A stretch of 64,000 bases of DNA from Nitrospirota bacterium (GTDB lineage Bacteria > Nitrospirota > UBA9217): positions 1 to 64,000 of the forward strand of contig CAVVOB010000028.1 in the NCBI GenBank assembly GCA_963749655.1. The letters are read 5' to 3'. Below the pieces are notes generated by a model. It was not told the DNA's origin. It saw only the letters and a list, made by a program, of their open reading frames with translations, and searched no databases. A program made the translations under genes and the position numbers. Every line of letters begins with the position of its first letter. The first letter of the stretch is position 1. Below, piece after piece: positions 18,742-28,643 of the stretch.

Positions 18742-19500
18742 TGTGTCACCTCCTGAAGTGCCCGGTTTCGCGCTCTGTTTCTTGCTTCCCGTTCCAGATA
18801 CGGCGTGATGTCCTCGTCGCGCATGGCAATGAGGAACGCCGGAGGGCTGCGTATCTCGTCCTTGCTGATCTCGCCGAAGCGGAGCTTTGCGAGGAAGAGA
18901 TAAGCTCGCTGAGTTGTGACCACGTCCGGCACGACCAGCGTCGGAAAGAAGCGTTTCAGGTCTTTCAAAACCGTCTCTCTCTCAGGCACGCTCAAGCTAG
19001 CTTCAGCATTTGAGAGAGAGATTTTTTCTTTAATTCTTTCTTTTCTTTCTTTAGGTGCCTGCAACCCCGCGAAGTCATTCGGCAAAAGTGCCTTTCTCTT
19101 CATCTCTACGGATGAAGAGTCTTCATCCCTACGGATGAACGGTTTCATCTCTCCAGATGAAGGAGTTTCATCTCTGGAGATGATGATTTCATCTCTACGG
19201 ATGAAGGTTTTCCAGGCTGCATAGTCCTTCTGAACCCGGTAAAAGTTGGCCCTGACGGACGACCATGTTCATGTCGGTCAGGCGCCTGACCGCGCGGGGG
19301 ATCAGCCGTACATCGAGGTTGACCTCCCGCGCGATCTTCGTGGGCGTAAGAAACACCTCCTTGCTGTGCCAGCCATAGGAATTGCGGATGATGCAAAGCA
19401 GGACCCGGCGGGCATGGTCCGGCATGGGTGTCCGCATGATGGCGTCAAGCAGTTCGTTGGCGATCGGCGTATATCCGTGCTCCTTCTGCGGTGAGGCCAT
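18738..19500 (-). CDS. Phage replication protein O-like initiator (frameshifted)
   Basis: MASPQKEHGYTPIANELLDAI N-terminus; internal iterons; basic KERKERIKEK segment in the downstream frame. Confidence 0.8.
19021..19205. repeat. Lambda-type origin: five 18-bp palindromic iterons plus AT-rich tract
   Basis: TTCATC-N6-GATGA(A/T) at 19099, 19122, 19144, 19167, 19188; T-rich tract 19021-19052. Confidence 0.8.
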
Positions 19501-19512
19501 GTCGCTCCCTGG

Positions 19513-19746
19513 CTAAACGTGCGCTTCTTCAAATTCTCCGCTCCTGATGCGGGCCTCTACCGGAAACGGCATGGGCACCTGGGCCTGTTCAAACGAAGCT
19601 TCGAGCACCTCGCCCTGCATCTTGATCAGCTCGAACACACGCTCCTTTCCCGCCCGGTCCGCTGCGATGAACTCCAGCGTGAGCGAAACCTTGAGGTCCG
19701 AATCCACCACCACCTTCTTCAGGTTCACGATCTGCTTCACCAGCAT
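19513..19746 (-). CDS. Hypothetical protein, first gene of the replication operon
   Basis: RBS aaggaggg; 77 aa. Confidence 0.65.
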   Translation of the reverse strand: MLVKQIVNLKKVVVDSDLKVSLTLEFIAADRAGKERVFELIKMQGEVLEASFEQAQVPMPFPVEARIRSGEFEEAHV

Positions 19747-19885
19747 GCGCTTCCCTCCTTTTGTCAGCTATGGCGAACGCTACAGGCAATAAAAAAGCCC
19801 GTCCGGGCCAGCATGAAGGCCAACCCTGCAAGGCTTCTCTAGTTGCTATTATTATGTTGAACCGGCTTAGGCGAATTGGCCACTT

Positions 19886-19948
19886 GTCAGCGATAGCTTA
19901 CAATAATAGTTCTTGCATGTCAAGCTTCCTGTAAGCTATAATTGACAC
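19886..19948. promoter_or_regulatory. Overlapping opposed promoters and operators of the repressor switch
   Basis: Minus strand TTGACA-N17-TAAGCT; plus strand TTGCAT-N18-TATAAT 6 nt before the repressor ATG; operator-like GTCAGC-GATA-GCTTAC and GTAAGC-TATA-ATTGAC. Confidence 0.7.
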
Positions 19949-20578
19949 ATGAACAAGGTGGGCAAATACCTCAAGAAGATGCGGGAAGGTGCGGACCTCT
20001 CGCTGCGCGAGGCCTCCAAACTGGCGCATGTCTCCCACACGTTCATCATGGAGATCGAGGAAGGCCAGAAGTCCCCCGCCTTCGACAAGGTCATGCAGTT
20101 GCTCCAAGCCTACCGCTCTGATGTCCAGGACTTCCTGCGCGAGACGGGTTACCTGCCGAAGAACGTCGAGCCCGCCGCCACCGGCAAGATGCGGAAGATC
20201 CCGGTCGTGTCCTGGGTAGTCGCCGGCAAGTGGGAAGAAACGGGGGAATCATTTCACCAGGAGGATGCAGTAGACTGGATCGAGAGCGACATCAAGGGGG
20301 AGCACAACTTTGCGCTGCGAGTGAAGGGCGATTCAATGGAGCCGGAGTTCAATGAGGGAGACATCATCATCGTCAGCCCAACTGCCAAGGCCGTGACTGG
20401 CGACTACATCGTTGCGAAGAACCACGAGGAAGAGGCAACGTTCAAACAGTATAAGAAGTTTGATACAACCCAAGTCCTTCACCCGTTGAATCCGAAATAC
20501 CCGGACATCGTGTTGAATAAGGATTTGGAGTACCGCATTGTTGGAGTGGTGATGGAGAAGAAGAAACGGTATAAATAA
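19949..20578 (+). CDS. CI/LexA-like repressor (XRE HTH plus S24 peptidase)
   Basis: LSLREASKLA...IEEGQKSP; VAG cleavage site; LRVKGDSMEP; ATFKQ. Confidence 0.92.
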   Translation: MNKVGKYLKKMREGADLSLREASKLAHVSHTFIMEIEEGQKSPAFDKVMQLLQAYRSDVQDFLRETGYLPKNVEPAATGKMRKIPVVSWVVAGKWEETGESFHQEDAVDWIESDIKGEHNFALRVKGDSMEPEFNEGDIIIVSPTAKAVTGDYIVAKNHEEEATFKQYKKFDTTQVLHPLNPKYPDIVLNKDLEYRIVGVVMEKKKRYK

Positions 20579-20713
20579 GTTTATCAGGAAGACCTGTCGA
20601 TGGAAGGAAAGGAAGCGACCCCACGTCCGCCCAGATAATTTTGTGTTGTCCTATATTTGGACTATTAAGAAAAACTGAAAAGCGACAGCCCTTTAAATAT
20701 CTAACGTCTAAGG

Positions 20714-21667
20714 TCAGTGATAAAGATAAGTATCTAAATGCAGCCCAATATAGCCAATAATAAATTGGCTAGTGGTTCCATCCGGTGGATAAAAATGAAT
20801 CCGAAAGTTTTTACCCATCTGCTTACTATGCCAGGTGAATGTACGTTTTACGTCATCAGGGCATACAAATTCACGCTGGTATCCGTAATGCTTGAGTGTA
20901 ATCTCCGTTTCTTGACTTGCGCGTATGCCCATCTTTGAATATTCAGGTACAACTTTTTCGTCTTTTTCCCTTAACCTCCTTACCCCCATAATGTAGCTAT
21001 TCATCTTGGACAAATGTTCAAAAACGGTACCTATAAATTCATCTATGTTAATTTTTGCCAATTGTGCGTAAACATCATCACAGAATATCAATTCTGGGTA
21101 GAGTTTATCTTTTTGTTCCCAAAAAGAATCCCACGATGTAATCGTGCTAGCTAGAAGATCTCTTATCTCACGATAAGCAGTTTGATCTGCGGGATTATAA
21201 ACATTAAGCACTGACACTTCTGTTAATTCACCATCCTCTATTTTACACTGTAACAATAATTTGTTTACATTAAACCGCGGGACAGCTTGCAAACTAGATA
21301 ATAGTCCAGAATAGAGAGCAGCTCCTGCCAAGGAAGTGTTACAGACATCTACTCCGTCAAAGTGGCATTCATAGTAGTTAAAATTTTCATCTAATAAAGT
21401 TTCCACATAAGGACCTTTTCGAAGCACTATTGATAAATAGCGCATTTTATCACGCGATATTTCTTTTGAATCTGACAACCATTTTTGAACAGTGAGACCT
21501 GGGGCAAGTTCCTTCTGCCACAATTGGTGCGATGTGCAGATCGGATCTTGTCCGCAAAAGGGATTAAGATCGTTTATGACATCTATCAGACTTGACATCA
21601 AATTATCTGCTTGTTGCTTATTGGGCGCCTGCGATACGAAAGAAAGCTCATTCACAAAGACGTGCAT
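20714..21667 (-). CDS. Putative effector with RelE-like C-terminus (Menshen NsnC-like)
   Basis: TFTWHSK...RIHFYP...IIGYIGLHL; third gene after DUF262 and DUF3696 genes. Confidence 0.6.
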   Translation of the reverse strand: MHVFVNELSFVSQAPNKQQADNLMSSLIDVINDLNPFCGQDPICTSHQLWQKELAPGLTVQKWLSDSKEISRDKMRYLSIVLRKGPYVETLLDENFNYYECHFDGVDVCNTSLAGAALYSGLLSSLQAVPRFNVNKLLLQCKIEDGELTEVSVLNVYNPADQTAYREIRDLLASTITSWDSFWEQKDKLYPELIFCDDVYAQLAKINIDEFIGTVFEHLSKMNSYIMGVRRLREKDEKVVPEYSKMGIRASQETEITLKHYGYQREFVCPDDVKRTFTWHSKQMGKNFRIHFYPPDGTTSQFIIGYIGLHLDTYLYH

Positions 21668-22803
21668 TAGATTAGAGCCTCCAGATCTTTTTCGTATTGA
21701 TCAAAAAAACCAGCAGGCCAATTACTGATGCCGCCATCAACATGAATCTTCGGATGTGTAACTATAATGCTCCCCATATTATTTCCACGGTCACTAAAAT
21801 GGACCTCGATTCCATCGCTCTCGATGATACCATTTTTCGCAGCTACTCTTAGTCCATTCAAGATATGATCACTGTGCGTTTCAACTATAACCTGAACGCC
21901 ATTTTGTGCCACTCGCGCCAATAATTGACTAATATTTGATTGGCCAGCTGGATGCAGATGAGCTTCCGGATTTTCAACGATGATCATAGAATCCGGTTCT
22001 GCCATAAGCGCCGCAACAACTATAGGCAATGTGTAACAAAATCCGAAACCCATGTTTGTGGGTCTCAAATAATCTGTTTCGCCGCCATATACCTTAACTT
22101 CTAATCGCACACTATCCGCTTTTATAATAGTTTCGACATTAAATGTAATATTTGGAATAATTTGTCTTAGCCATAGTTTTGTCTGATATTCAAGTGTCAA
22201 ATTGAGTTTATTACTTTCATTGTCTATTGATTGATCTTTCAAGGCTAAATCTTTGTTGGGTATTGGATCTGCCCCGAATTCCGCAAGGCAATGCGCAGTA
22301 TATTCACCTTGGACTCCAACATGCATTTTATCTTTTGACAACTCTGACATCGGGTAAGTCAGCCTTGGCCCCAATCTCTCCGCTGTCAGGTAACTAAATC
22401 TACTTGCAAAAAGATTGCATGATGGCGTGAAGTTACTTTTGGATATTAGCTTTAAAATATGTTGATTAGGATGCTCCTTATCATATAAAGCCTCGCAGCT
22501 CTTTATTTCTTCATCCGGCCCGTTTGATGATAAGGTGAATGCGATACTATCTTTCTGGCTACCGCCATACAGCGCATCAACTGCTGTGCCAATTTTTACA
22601 AGATCGCCATTTAGAGGAAATTCGTTTTTATCTAAACTCCCTAATACATATGCCTGCCTGAGTAATAGTAGGGCCTGAATGATACTTGATTTTCCACTAC
22701 CATTTTTCCCAGCTAGCAGCGTCAATTTTCCAAAGGTAATATTTTGGTCTTCGAAACATTTGAATCGCTCAATTCGAAGATATTTAATTGGCTTTGCAAT
22801 CAT
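21667..22803 (-). CDS. AAA_15/DUF3696 ABC-type ATPase (Menshen NsnB-like)
   Basis: GKNGSGKS, YLTAERLGP, NMGFG, VENPEAHLHP, VETHSDH, WPAGFFDQ. Confidence 0.88.
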   Translation of the reverse strand: MIAKPIKYLRIERFKCFEDQNITFGKLTLLAGKNGSGKSSIIQALLLLRQAYVLGSLDKNEFPLNGDLVKIGTAVDALYGGSQKDSIAFTLSSNGPDEEIKSCEALYDKEHPNQHILKLISKSNFTPSCNLFASRFSYLTAERLGPRLTYPMSELSKDKMHVGVQGEYTAHCLAEFGADPIPNKDLALKDQSIDNESNKLNLTLEYQTKLWLRQIIPNITFNVETIIKADSVRLEVKVYGGETDYLRPTNMGFGFCYTLPIVVAALMAEPDSMIIVENPEAHLHPAGQSNISQLLARVAQNGVQVIVETHSDHILNGLRVAAKNGIIESDGIEVHFSDRGNNMGSIIVTHPKIHVDGGISNWPAGFFDQYEKDLEALI

Positions 22804-23930
22804 CGCAGCGCCTCTTTTATTATGTCCATCGTTGTTTTGAATCGCTTATGAACTCTCAAGACACCTCCCGTACCTTCAGTTAGAGACCGCAAATACTCAT
22901 CATCTTCCTTCATTGCTTCTATATATCCATCGACGATTTTGCTTTTATTTTTCATTAATTCATCTTTGTTGTATTTTGTTAAGCAAACAGACCATGCTTC
23001 GAAAAGCGACTTATTAATTGGGTTCCTATAAGCTTTTCTTGCAAACATTTTTCGAAATGCATATTCGCCAAACACTTCCCGAGCTAATTCCATAGCAGAA
23101 TAAAAATTCTGTTCGACTTTGGCCATATCACTATTACTTAACCTGTTAATAGCACGCATCGCTTGGCTTAAATACAGATTTAAATCTGGGTCTTTATAAT
23201 CCGTATATGGTTTAAGTGAAAATGCGATAAAGCGTAAAACACATTCACGATCGTCCATTCGTTTGGTGTTTATTGAATTAGTTGTTGTCTCAAGAAATGC
23301 GTGCGACTCAGCTAGCTTCTTCAGAACTGCCGTAGCCTTCCCCTGAAAAAGGCAGTGACGAATTTCTTGAGCAGATAGGACCATACCTCCAGTATTAATT
23401 CGATAAAAAATTGTAAACTTGACCTCCGGTGGCGTATCCGGTTTAATTACGTATAAAAATAATTGAGTGTCTTCGATGCGCCTTTGATAGTTTCTTGGTA
23501 ATTCGTCATAGTTTTTACCGTCTAAATGATCTAAAAACTCCATATTCGTTAACCGAAACGCCTTTTTGTTACAAAAACTATCTAAGGTAGACAGTCTTTG
23601 CAGTCCATCAACAACAAGCCAATCATCTTCATTAACAGCATCCAAATAGAAGGCAGGTAAAGGGATCCTAATCAATATTGATTCAATAAGTCGACTCTGA
23701 CGCACTTGATCCCATACTATATTTCGCTGAAAATCTGGCTGTAAATTTATCTCGCCTTTTACAACCTTTCTCATGACCTGAAATATTGTCATCGTATTCG
23801 GATCAACTTCAATTTTATCTGGATCAAAGGGCTTCTTTATCGGCTCATCACTCAAAGTATCTTCTTGTTCATCTATACCTTTATCGTATTCGTATGCGTG
23901 CGATAGTTCCTTATTATATTTCACCACCAT
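22800..23930 (-). CDS. DUF262 (GmrS/ParB-like) protein (Menshen NsnA-like)
   Basis: PDFQR, LIESIL, VVDGLQR, FYRINTGG. Confidence 0.9.
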   Translation of the reverse strand: MVVKYNKELSHAYEYDKGIDEQEDTLSDEPIKKPFDPDKIEVDPNTMTIFQVMRKVVKGEINLQPDFQRNIVWDQVRQSRLIESILIRIPLPAFYLDAVNEDDWLVVDGLQRLSTLDSFCNKKAFRLTNMEFLDHLDGKNYDELPRNYQRRIEDTQLFLYVIKPDTPPEVKFTIFYRINTGGMVLSAQEIRHCLFQGKATAVLKKLAESHAFLETTTNSINTKRMDDRECVLRFIAFSLKPYTDYKDPDLNLYLSQAMRAINRLSNSDMAKVEQNFYSAMELAREVFGEYAFRKMFARKAYRNPINKSLFEAWSVCLTKYNKDELMKNKSKIVDGYIEAMKEDDEYLRSLTEGTGGVLRVHKRFKTTMDIIKEALR

Positions 23931-24083
23931 AACTAAGCCTCCCAGAATATAAAATTGAGCGGTCTATCTTAACGCGACACAATCGGAGTCAGGGTCAAGC
24001 CTTCTTCGTGCATTTGTAAAAATGGTTCATTGCTCTGAGAATGACTTGTCCAGTTGAAGGATTCTATTATAATATCATTTGCA

Positions 24084-24758
24084 TCAACCTATAATCTGTG
24101 GGCAATATTCTAATATTACGCAACTACTGCAATTTGGCCGTGTGGCTCTACACACATCTCTGCCAAGAGAAATCATATTTACGTGCAATGATAACCGCAA
24201 TTTTGGCGGAATTACTTTTTGTAGAATATCCATCTCGTGTGAAGTGCAATATTTCTGCTTTCCTCGCGGTTTTATCAATCCTAGTCTTTTTGAAATACGC
24301 CAACAGTGTGTATCTACTGGAAAAACGTTCCTTTTAAGCGAATACATCATTACACAACGTGCGACTTTTTTGCCTATTCCAGGCAAGGAGCAAAGAAACT
24401 TTTCACATTCAGCTTCTGACATTCGACGTAGTGGCGCGAGGGTAGGCTTGCCAAACTTTTCAGTTATCTTGATCATAATATTTCTAAGCGCCAGAGCCTT
24501 ATGATTCTGCAAACCACCCCATGATATTTGCCTTACAAGCTCCGTAACTGGTGCTTGATTGAGTTGCAAATACGTAGGGTAAGCCTGTTTCAACGATTTA
24601 AAAGCCCTAAGATAAACCTGTTCGCTACGTTTTACACTACAAAGAATAAATAGCAATTCATCGAGCGGATTATTTTTGTTGTGATGACTAAAATCTCTAT
24701 ATCTTATTTTCAGTTGTCTTGCGATCAATGATATTTCGACTGAATTATTAGTAATCAT
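24084..24758 (-). CDS. Endonuclease III-like HhH-GPD DNA glycosylase with 4Fe-4S motif
   Basis: LPGIGKKVA, FPVDTH, CRATRPNCSSCVILEYC. Confidence 0.88.
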   Translation of the reverse strand: MITNNSVEISLIARQLKIRYRDFSHHNKNNPLDELLFILCSVKRSEQVYLRAFKSLKQAYPTYLQLNQAPVTELVRQISWGGLQNHKALALRNIMIKITEKFGKPTLAPLRRMSEAECEKFLCSLPGIGKKVARCVMMYSLKRNVFPVDTHCWRISKRLGLIKPRGKQKYCTSHEMDILQKVIPPKLRLSLHVNMISLGRDVCRATRPNCSSCVILEYCPQIIG

Positions 24759-24785
24759 ACCCTCTGTATATGGATCAGATAAAAC

Positions 24786-25616
24786 TTATACTTTCGAAAG
24801 CTGAATCCTCACATTTTGCCATTCACCGCCACCTTGATCAGTGGGTATGTGAGTGGCTATATCAGCATGATCCTTTTCAATAAGTAGGGGCGGATTACGG
24901 GCGATTAGCCAAAAGTGAAACTTATAGTTACCTATGGTCTTTGCCACGGTCCACTCATTTCGTGTAATAAAAACATATGCCTGCTTATGAGATAAAGAGC
25001 TCCCTTTGACTTCAATACGCAATGGTGTTGTGTCGGTTCCATTCACTCTAGACAATATATCGTAACCTGAGAAATTTGATTCGAGAGATTGCCAACGAGG
25101 TAAAATTCCAGTTCTCTTGGATTCATATTCCATCGACAAACGTTCTGCTTTCCGTCCTATCTGGAGAAGCTCATCATTCTTTTTAGCTCTAGCTGCTTGC
25201 GCAAGATCATCCCACCATAGAATCATTTCATCAGTCCAATCGTCGAGTAGATCCGCTTCTTTAAAGCACTGTTTAATATCGGACGGAAAGTATTCTTTTA
25301 CCTCCTCACGCCCGTTTCGCATTCGCTGCGCCCATGCTGGCTGAAATATTTCAATCGCATGTTTTATCTGAACACGAAGTGCCGATTCTCGTGAGGGTGC
25401 TCCGAGTACACTTTTTCCTCGTTCTGTTACAGCTAAAGTGCCATCTAGTGTAAGCGCAACCCAGCTGCAACGTTGAGACATTTCCAATACTTCTCCAGCA
25501 GCTGCAACTGTAAATGTCTTAAAAGAGTCAGTGAATTCCTTCGGTGATATCCCTTTTGAGCTAACGAGACCGACCATGTCCTGGCACGAATACAAAACAC
25601 CTACCGAAAAACTCAT
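24786..25616 (-). CDS. DUF3883 / NO VEIN-type PD-(D/E)xK nuclease
   Basis: GRKAE...YE, GYDILS, IEVKGS, ITRNEW. Confidence 0.85.
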   Translation of the reverse strand: MSFSVGVLYSCQDMVGLVSSKGISPKEFTDSFKTFTVAAAGEVLEMSQRCSWVALTLDGTLAVTERGKSVLGAPSRESALRVQIKHAIEIFQPAWAQRMRNGREEVKEYFPSDIKQCFKEADLLDDWTDEMILWWDDLAQAARAKKNDELLQIGRKAERLSMEYESKRTGILPRWQSLESNFSGYDILSRVNGTDTTPLRIEVKGSSLSHKQAYVFITRNEWTVAKTIGNYKFHFWLIARNPPLLIEKDHADIATHIPTDQGGGEWQNVRIQLSKV

Positions 25617-27403
25617 GACTCTCTCACTCCTTCATTCAGATGCTCTACAAGTGCAGCAAAATCATCATCGTCTAGCTCTTCATCTTCGAGATCATACTTT
25701 ACAGGGTCAATATGGAGATGTTGATCTTCAAGCACTTCGCTCATTTTACGGACCTTTAAGCGTAACCGTGTATCTACCGTTTCATCAATGGTTTCTGGAC
25801 TAATCAAGATTTCTACAATTGTTTTCTGATCGGGCTTTAGGCCTAACCGGTGAATCCGATCTTCGGACTGCAAGTACTGCGCAACGTTGAACGTCCGATC
25901 TATATAGATTGCGTTATGACAAACTTTGTGAAGACTGATACTTTCACCGCAAGCTGCCGGGTTTCCGACAAGTACATATGCTTTAGAATCCTCATGAAAT
26001 CGTAGTATCTTTCGCTCCCTAGTATCCTCTTCTTCCTCACTACCTGTTTCAACGCCCCCATGGATAAAGTCCGCCCCGAGATCCGCGAGACGCGAGGATA
26101 TCAACTCTACGTTTTTCACAAAACTTGACCAGATAATAGTTTTCTTACCACGTGCAGCTAGTTCTCTTGCTCTAGTGCACGCGATCGATATTTTCGGGCT
26201 ATCTCCGGATGCCAACACATCTGACAACAACTCTTCAGATATTACTCCACTCGATAATAGCAACGCCGGGTTCGAAACAAACTGCAATAAGCGCATTGCA
26301 GACCGTCCAATTTGACGATACTGCATACGTTGACGTAAATTCAGTGCTTTGTTTGCCTGACGAGCGATTTCTGATCTTAAGAGATCATAGACATAACGTT
26401 GCTCAGAGTTTAACGGTACCTCAATTGCCCGTCTGTCAACAGATGGGATATTGAGTTCATTTTTTGTAGTTCTAACGTAAATGGGCTTGACTAAATTTTC
26501 GATGTTGTCCTCATCGACGGGTACTTCTGGAAACAAAAACTTAAACTGCGGCACAAGGTCCAGTATTGATTGAGGCATTGGCGTTCCACTGAGAACCAAC
26601 TTATGTTCTGCAAGATGGGCGATACTAAGCACAGCGCTCGCCCACACACCGTCGGTTCCCCTTTTCATACGATGGCTCTCATCGACATACATGAAGCAAG
26701 GGTTCGATGTAAGGTATGCCGCAACATAAGAAATCACAATCGGCAACTGATGATATGTGATCAAGCACACTGCAGGATCCTTAGTGAGAAGGTATTGGAT
26801 ATTTTTTTCACCGCCGACAAGCCGCACAATAAGGCCTTTATATCCCGGCACGCATTCTTTGATTTGTTCTTCCCAAACGGCAAAAGCATTCTTTGGACAA
26901 ACGATTAGCAAGCGGTTGTTCTCAGCTCGCTTATAAAAATAGTATGCTAAAGCTTCTGTAGTTTTACCTGCACCTGGGACAGAAAAGGTAGCTCCGGAAG
27001 CCATTGAAGCTAGCCTGCTGACATTCTTTATTTGCGGCGTAGTAAGGAGGCGCGTGAACCCGCGCGCGGACAATCGCCCAGTAAGTTCAGCGATGTCCAC
27101 TGGAGGTGCAGATGCTGACGCTTCATAATTTTTTTCATGTTCTCTTGATTGTTGAAGATAAAGCCTGGCCTCAGCATCAAAAACGACACTAACCTTATGT
27201 CGCTGAACATAAAAATTAATCGCGCTACGTGAATTCAGGAACGCCCACCAAGGCATTGAAAAAGCAGCAGGACCTTTTTCCTCGACTTCAGTCGAGCGGT
27301 CTTCACAAGCTTGACGGATATCACTCCATGCCGCCCCTGAATCATCAGACGACAATTGAGCTCGTCGGCTCTTAATATCGTACTCAATTTTTAGAGTTGT
27401 CAT
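25613..27403 (-). CDS. SNF2-family helicase
   Basis: PGAGKT, DESH, SGTP, QSEDRIHRLG. Confidence 0.9.
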   Translation of the reverse strand: MTTLKIEYDIKSRRAQLSSDDSGAAWSDIRQACEDRSTEVEEKGPAAFSMPWWAFLNSRSAINFYVQRHKVSVVFDAEARLYLQQSREHEKNYEASASAPPVDIAELTGRLSARGFTRLLTTPQIKNVSRLASMASGATFSVPGAGKTTEALAYYFYKRAENNRLLIVCPKNAFAVWEEQIKECVPGYKGLIVRLVGGEKNIQYLLTKDPAVCLITYHQLPIVISYVAAYLTSNPCFMYVDESHRMKRGTDGVWASAVLSIAHLAEHKLVLSGTPMPQSILDLVPQFKFLFPEVPVDEDNIENLVKPIYVRTTKNELNIPSVDRRAIEVPLNSEQRYVYDLLRSEIARQANKALNLRQRMQYRQIGRSAMRLLQFVSNPALLLSSGVISEELLSDVLASGDSPKISIACTRARELAARGKKTIIWSSFVKNVELISSRLADLGADFIHGGVETGSEEEEDTRERKILRFHEDSKAYVLVGNPAACGESISLHKVCHNAIYIDRTFNVAQYLQSEDRIHRLGLKPDQKTIVEILISPETIDETVDTRLRLKVRKMSEVLEDQHLHIDPVKYDLEDEELDDDDFAALVEHLNEGVRES

Positions 27404-28643
27404 TTAACCACTCACGTAAACTTAATATAGACTTATCGATAGAATCCAACTGACTGTCTATGCCTGTTTTCTCAGTCGTGTCTGTTATTCCATTAAGCGC
27501 TTCGATCAATGATGTATTCGCCTTTCGCACTTGAGTAAGTACAAAGTCAGTACGCTTCTTCTCCTTCTCTTTCGCTAATTCAGCATCAACGACCTCAGCA
27601 GTAATTGTACGCACGCTGACTCGATTGTTTTCCTTTTCGACTGCCTCAAGTACGCCAACAAGCTGATCTCCTGAGCCCCCCAGTAAATCTGTATCATCGG
27701 CCTTAACTTCAGCCGAGGCAATAGGCAATGCTGACTTTAGATTGTTAATTACCTTATCAAGGTATTTTCCTGTAGATGATATTTTCTCGTACAACCTACC
27801 ACCTTCAGAGTCATCAATCAGGCAATATGCTATTTGCTCAAAAACATTTCGTTCTCCTTCTGTTTTAAAGAGTTTCGAACGTACCTTTGTTATTTGTCGA
27901 AACGCAAACTCATCGGTCTCAATTTCTTCGTATTGGCCCGGAATGCCGCGACTGGCAAGATAACGATCCGCGTATTCAAGCATTTGTATCCACTCCCGAA
28001 CTTCTGGTTTAGTAAGTTCGTAACGCTGTGCGATTTCGTCATCAGTGTAGCCATGTTCCTCTTTCCGCCATTTATACAAAAATGCTCGCGCTGTCCAGGT
28101 GTAGTCGGCTTTTATATCGCGATGAATTTGCAGATCAGCTTCCAGATCGTCTATTTGGCGTTCTGTCGCAGGAGGAAGAATTACAACGTCCACATTCTCG
28201 AAATGGGCATAACGTTGTTTATCTCGCTCAAGTAATATTCTCATCGCACACAATCTACGATTACCATTGACAACAAAACCATCATGGCTCAGTATTAGCG
28301 GCTCTTCCTGTTCGTGTGTCATAAAGTAGCCAAGCAAGTTTTTCTCATCAACCATTTTTTGAAGTATATTGTGTTGGATTACATGTGCGTCCTCCAACTC
28401 AAGATCACGTTTAAACAAATCTTGAGGCGCTTCAGAATGCTTTGCTAAATATTGCGCTTGAGCTGCAAGCGTCCGGCCATTATTCAGGCGGTATTTAGGT
28501 AATTCGATCGGGACATTATAGATACTGAACGTCTGCAAGCGTGATTGAAATCGCAGATCAAATGTGCGCTTGCTTGGTGTCGAATATAATTTTTTCAAAT
28601 GATCTGTTCTTTTAGGATATGGGTAGCCAAGCTGCATATTCAA
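27384..28643 (-). CDS. ParB/Srx-like domain protein
   Basis: YRLNNGR; QEEPLIL...VVNGNRRLCA. Confidence 0.75.
   Translation of the reverse strand: MNMQLGYPYPKRTDHLKKLYSTPSKRTFDLRFQSRLQTFSIYNVPIELPKYRLNNGRTLAAQAQYLAKHSEAPQDLFKRDLELEDAHVIQHNILQKMVDEKNLLGYFMTHEQEEPLILSHDGFVVNGNRRLCAMRILLERDKQRYAHFENVDVVILPPATERQIDDLEADLQIHRDIKADYTWTARAFLYKWRKEEHGYTDDEIAQRYELTKPEVREWIQMLEYADRYLASRGIPGQYEEIETDEFAFRQITKVRSKLFKTEGERNVFEQIAYCLIDDSEGGRLYEKISSTGKYLDKVINNLKSALPIASAEVKADDTDLLGGSGDQLVGVLEAVEKENNRVSVRTITAEVVDAELAKEKEKKRTDFVLTQVRKANTSLIEALNGITDTTEKTGIDSQLDSIDKSILSLREWLNDNSKN

Noticed and set aside
19099-19205. Mini-CRISPR
   Set aside because: Gaps of 3-5 bp and location inside a rep gene indicate iterons
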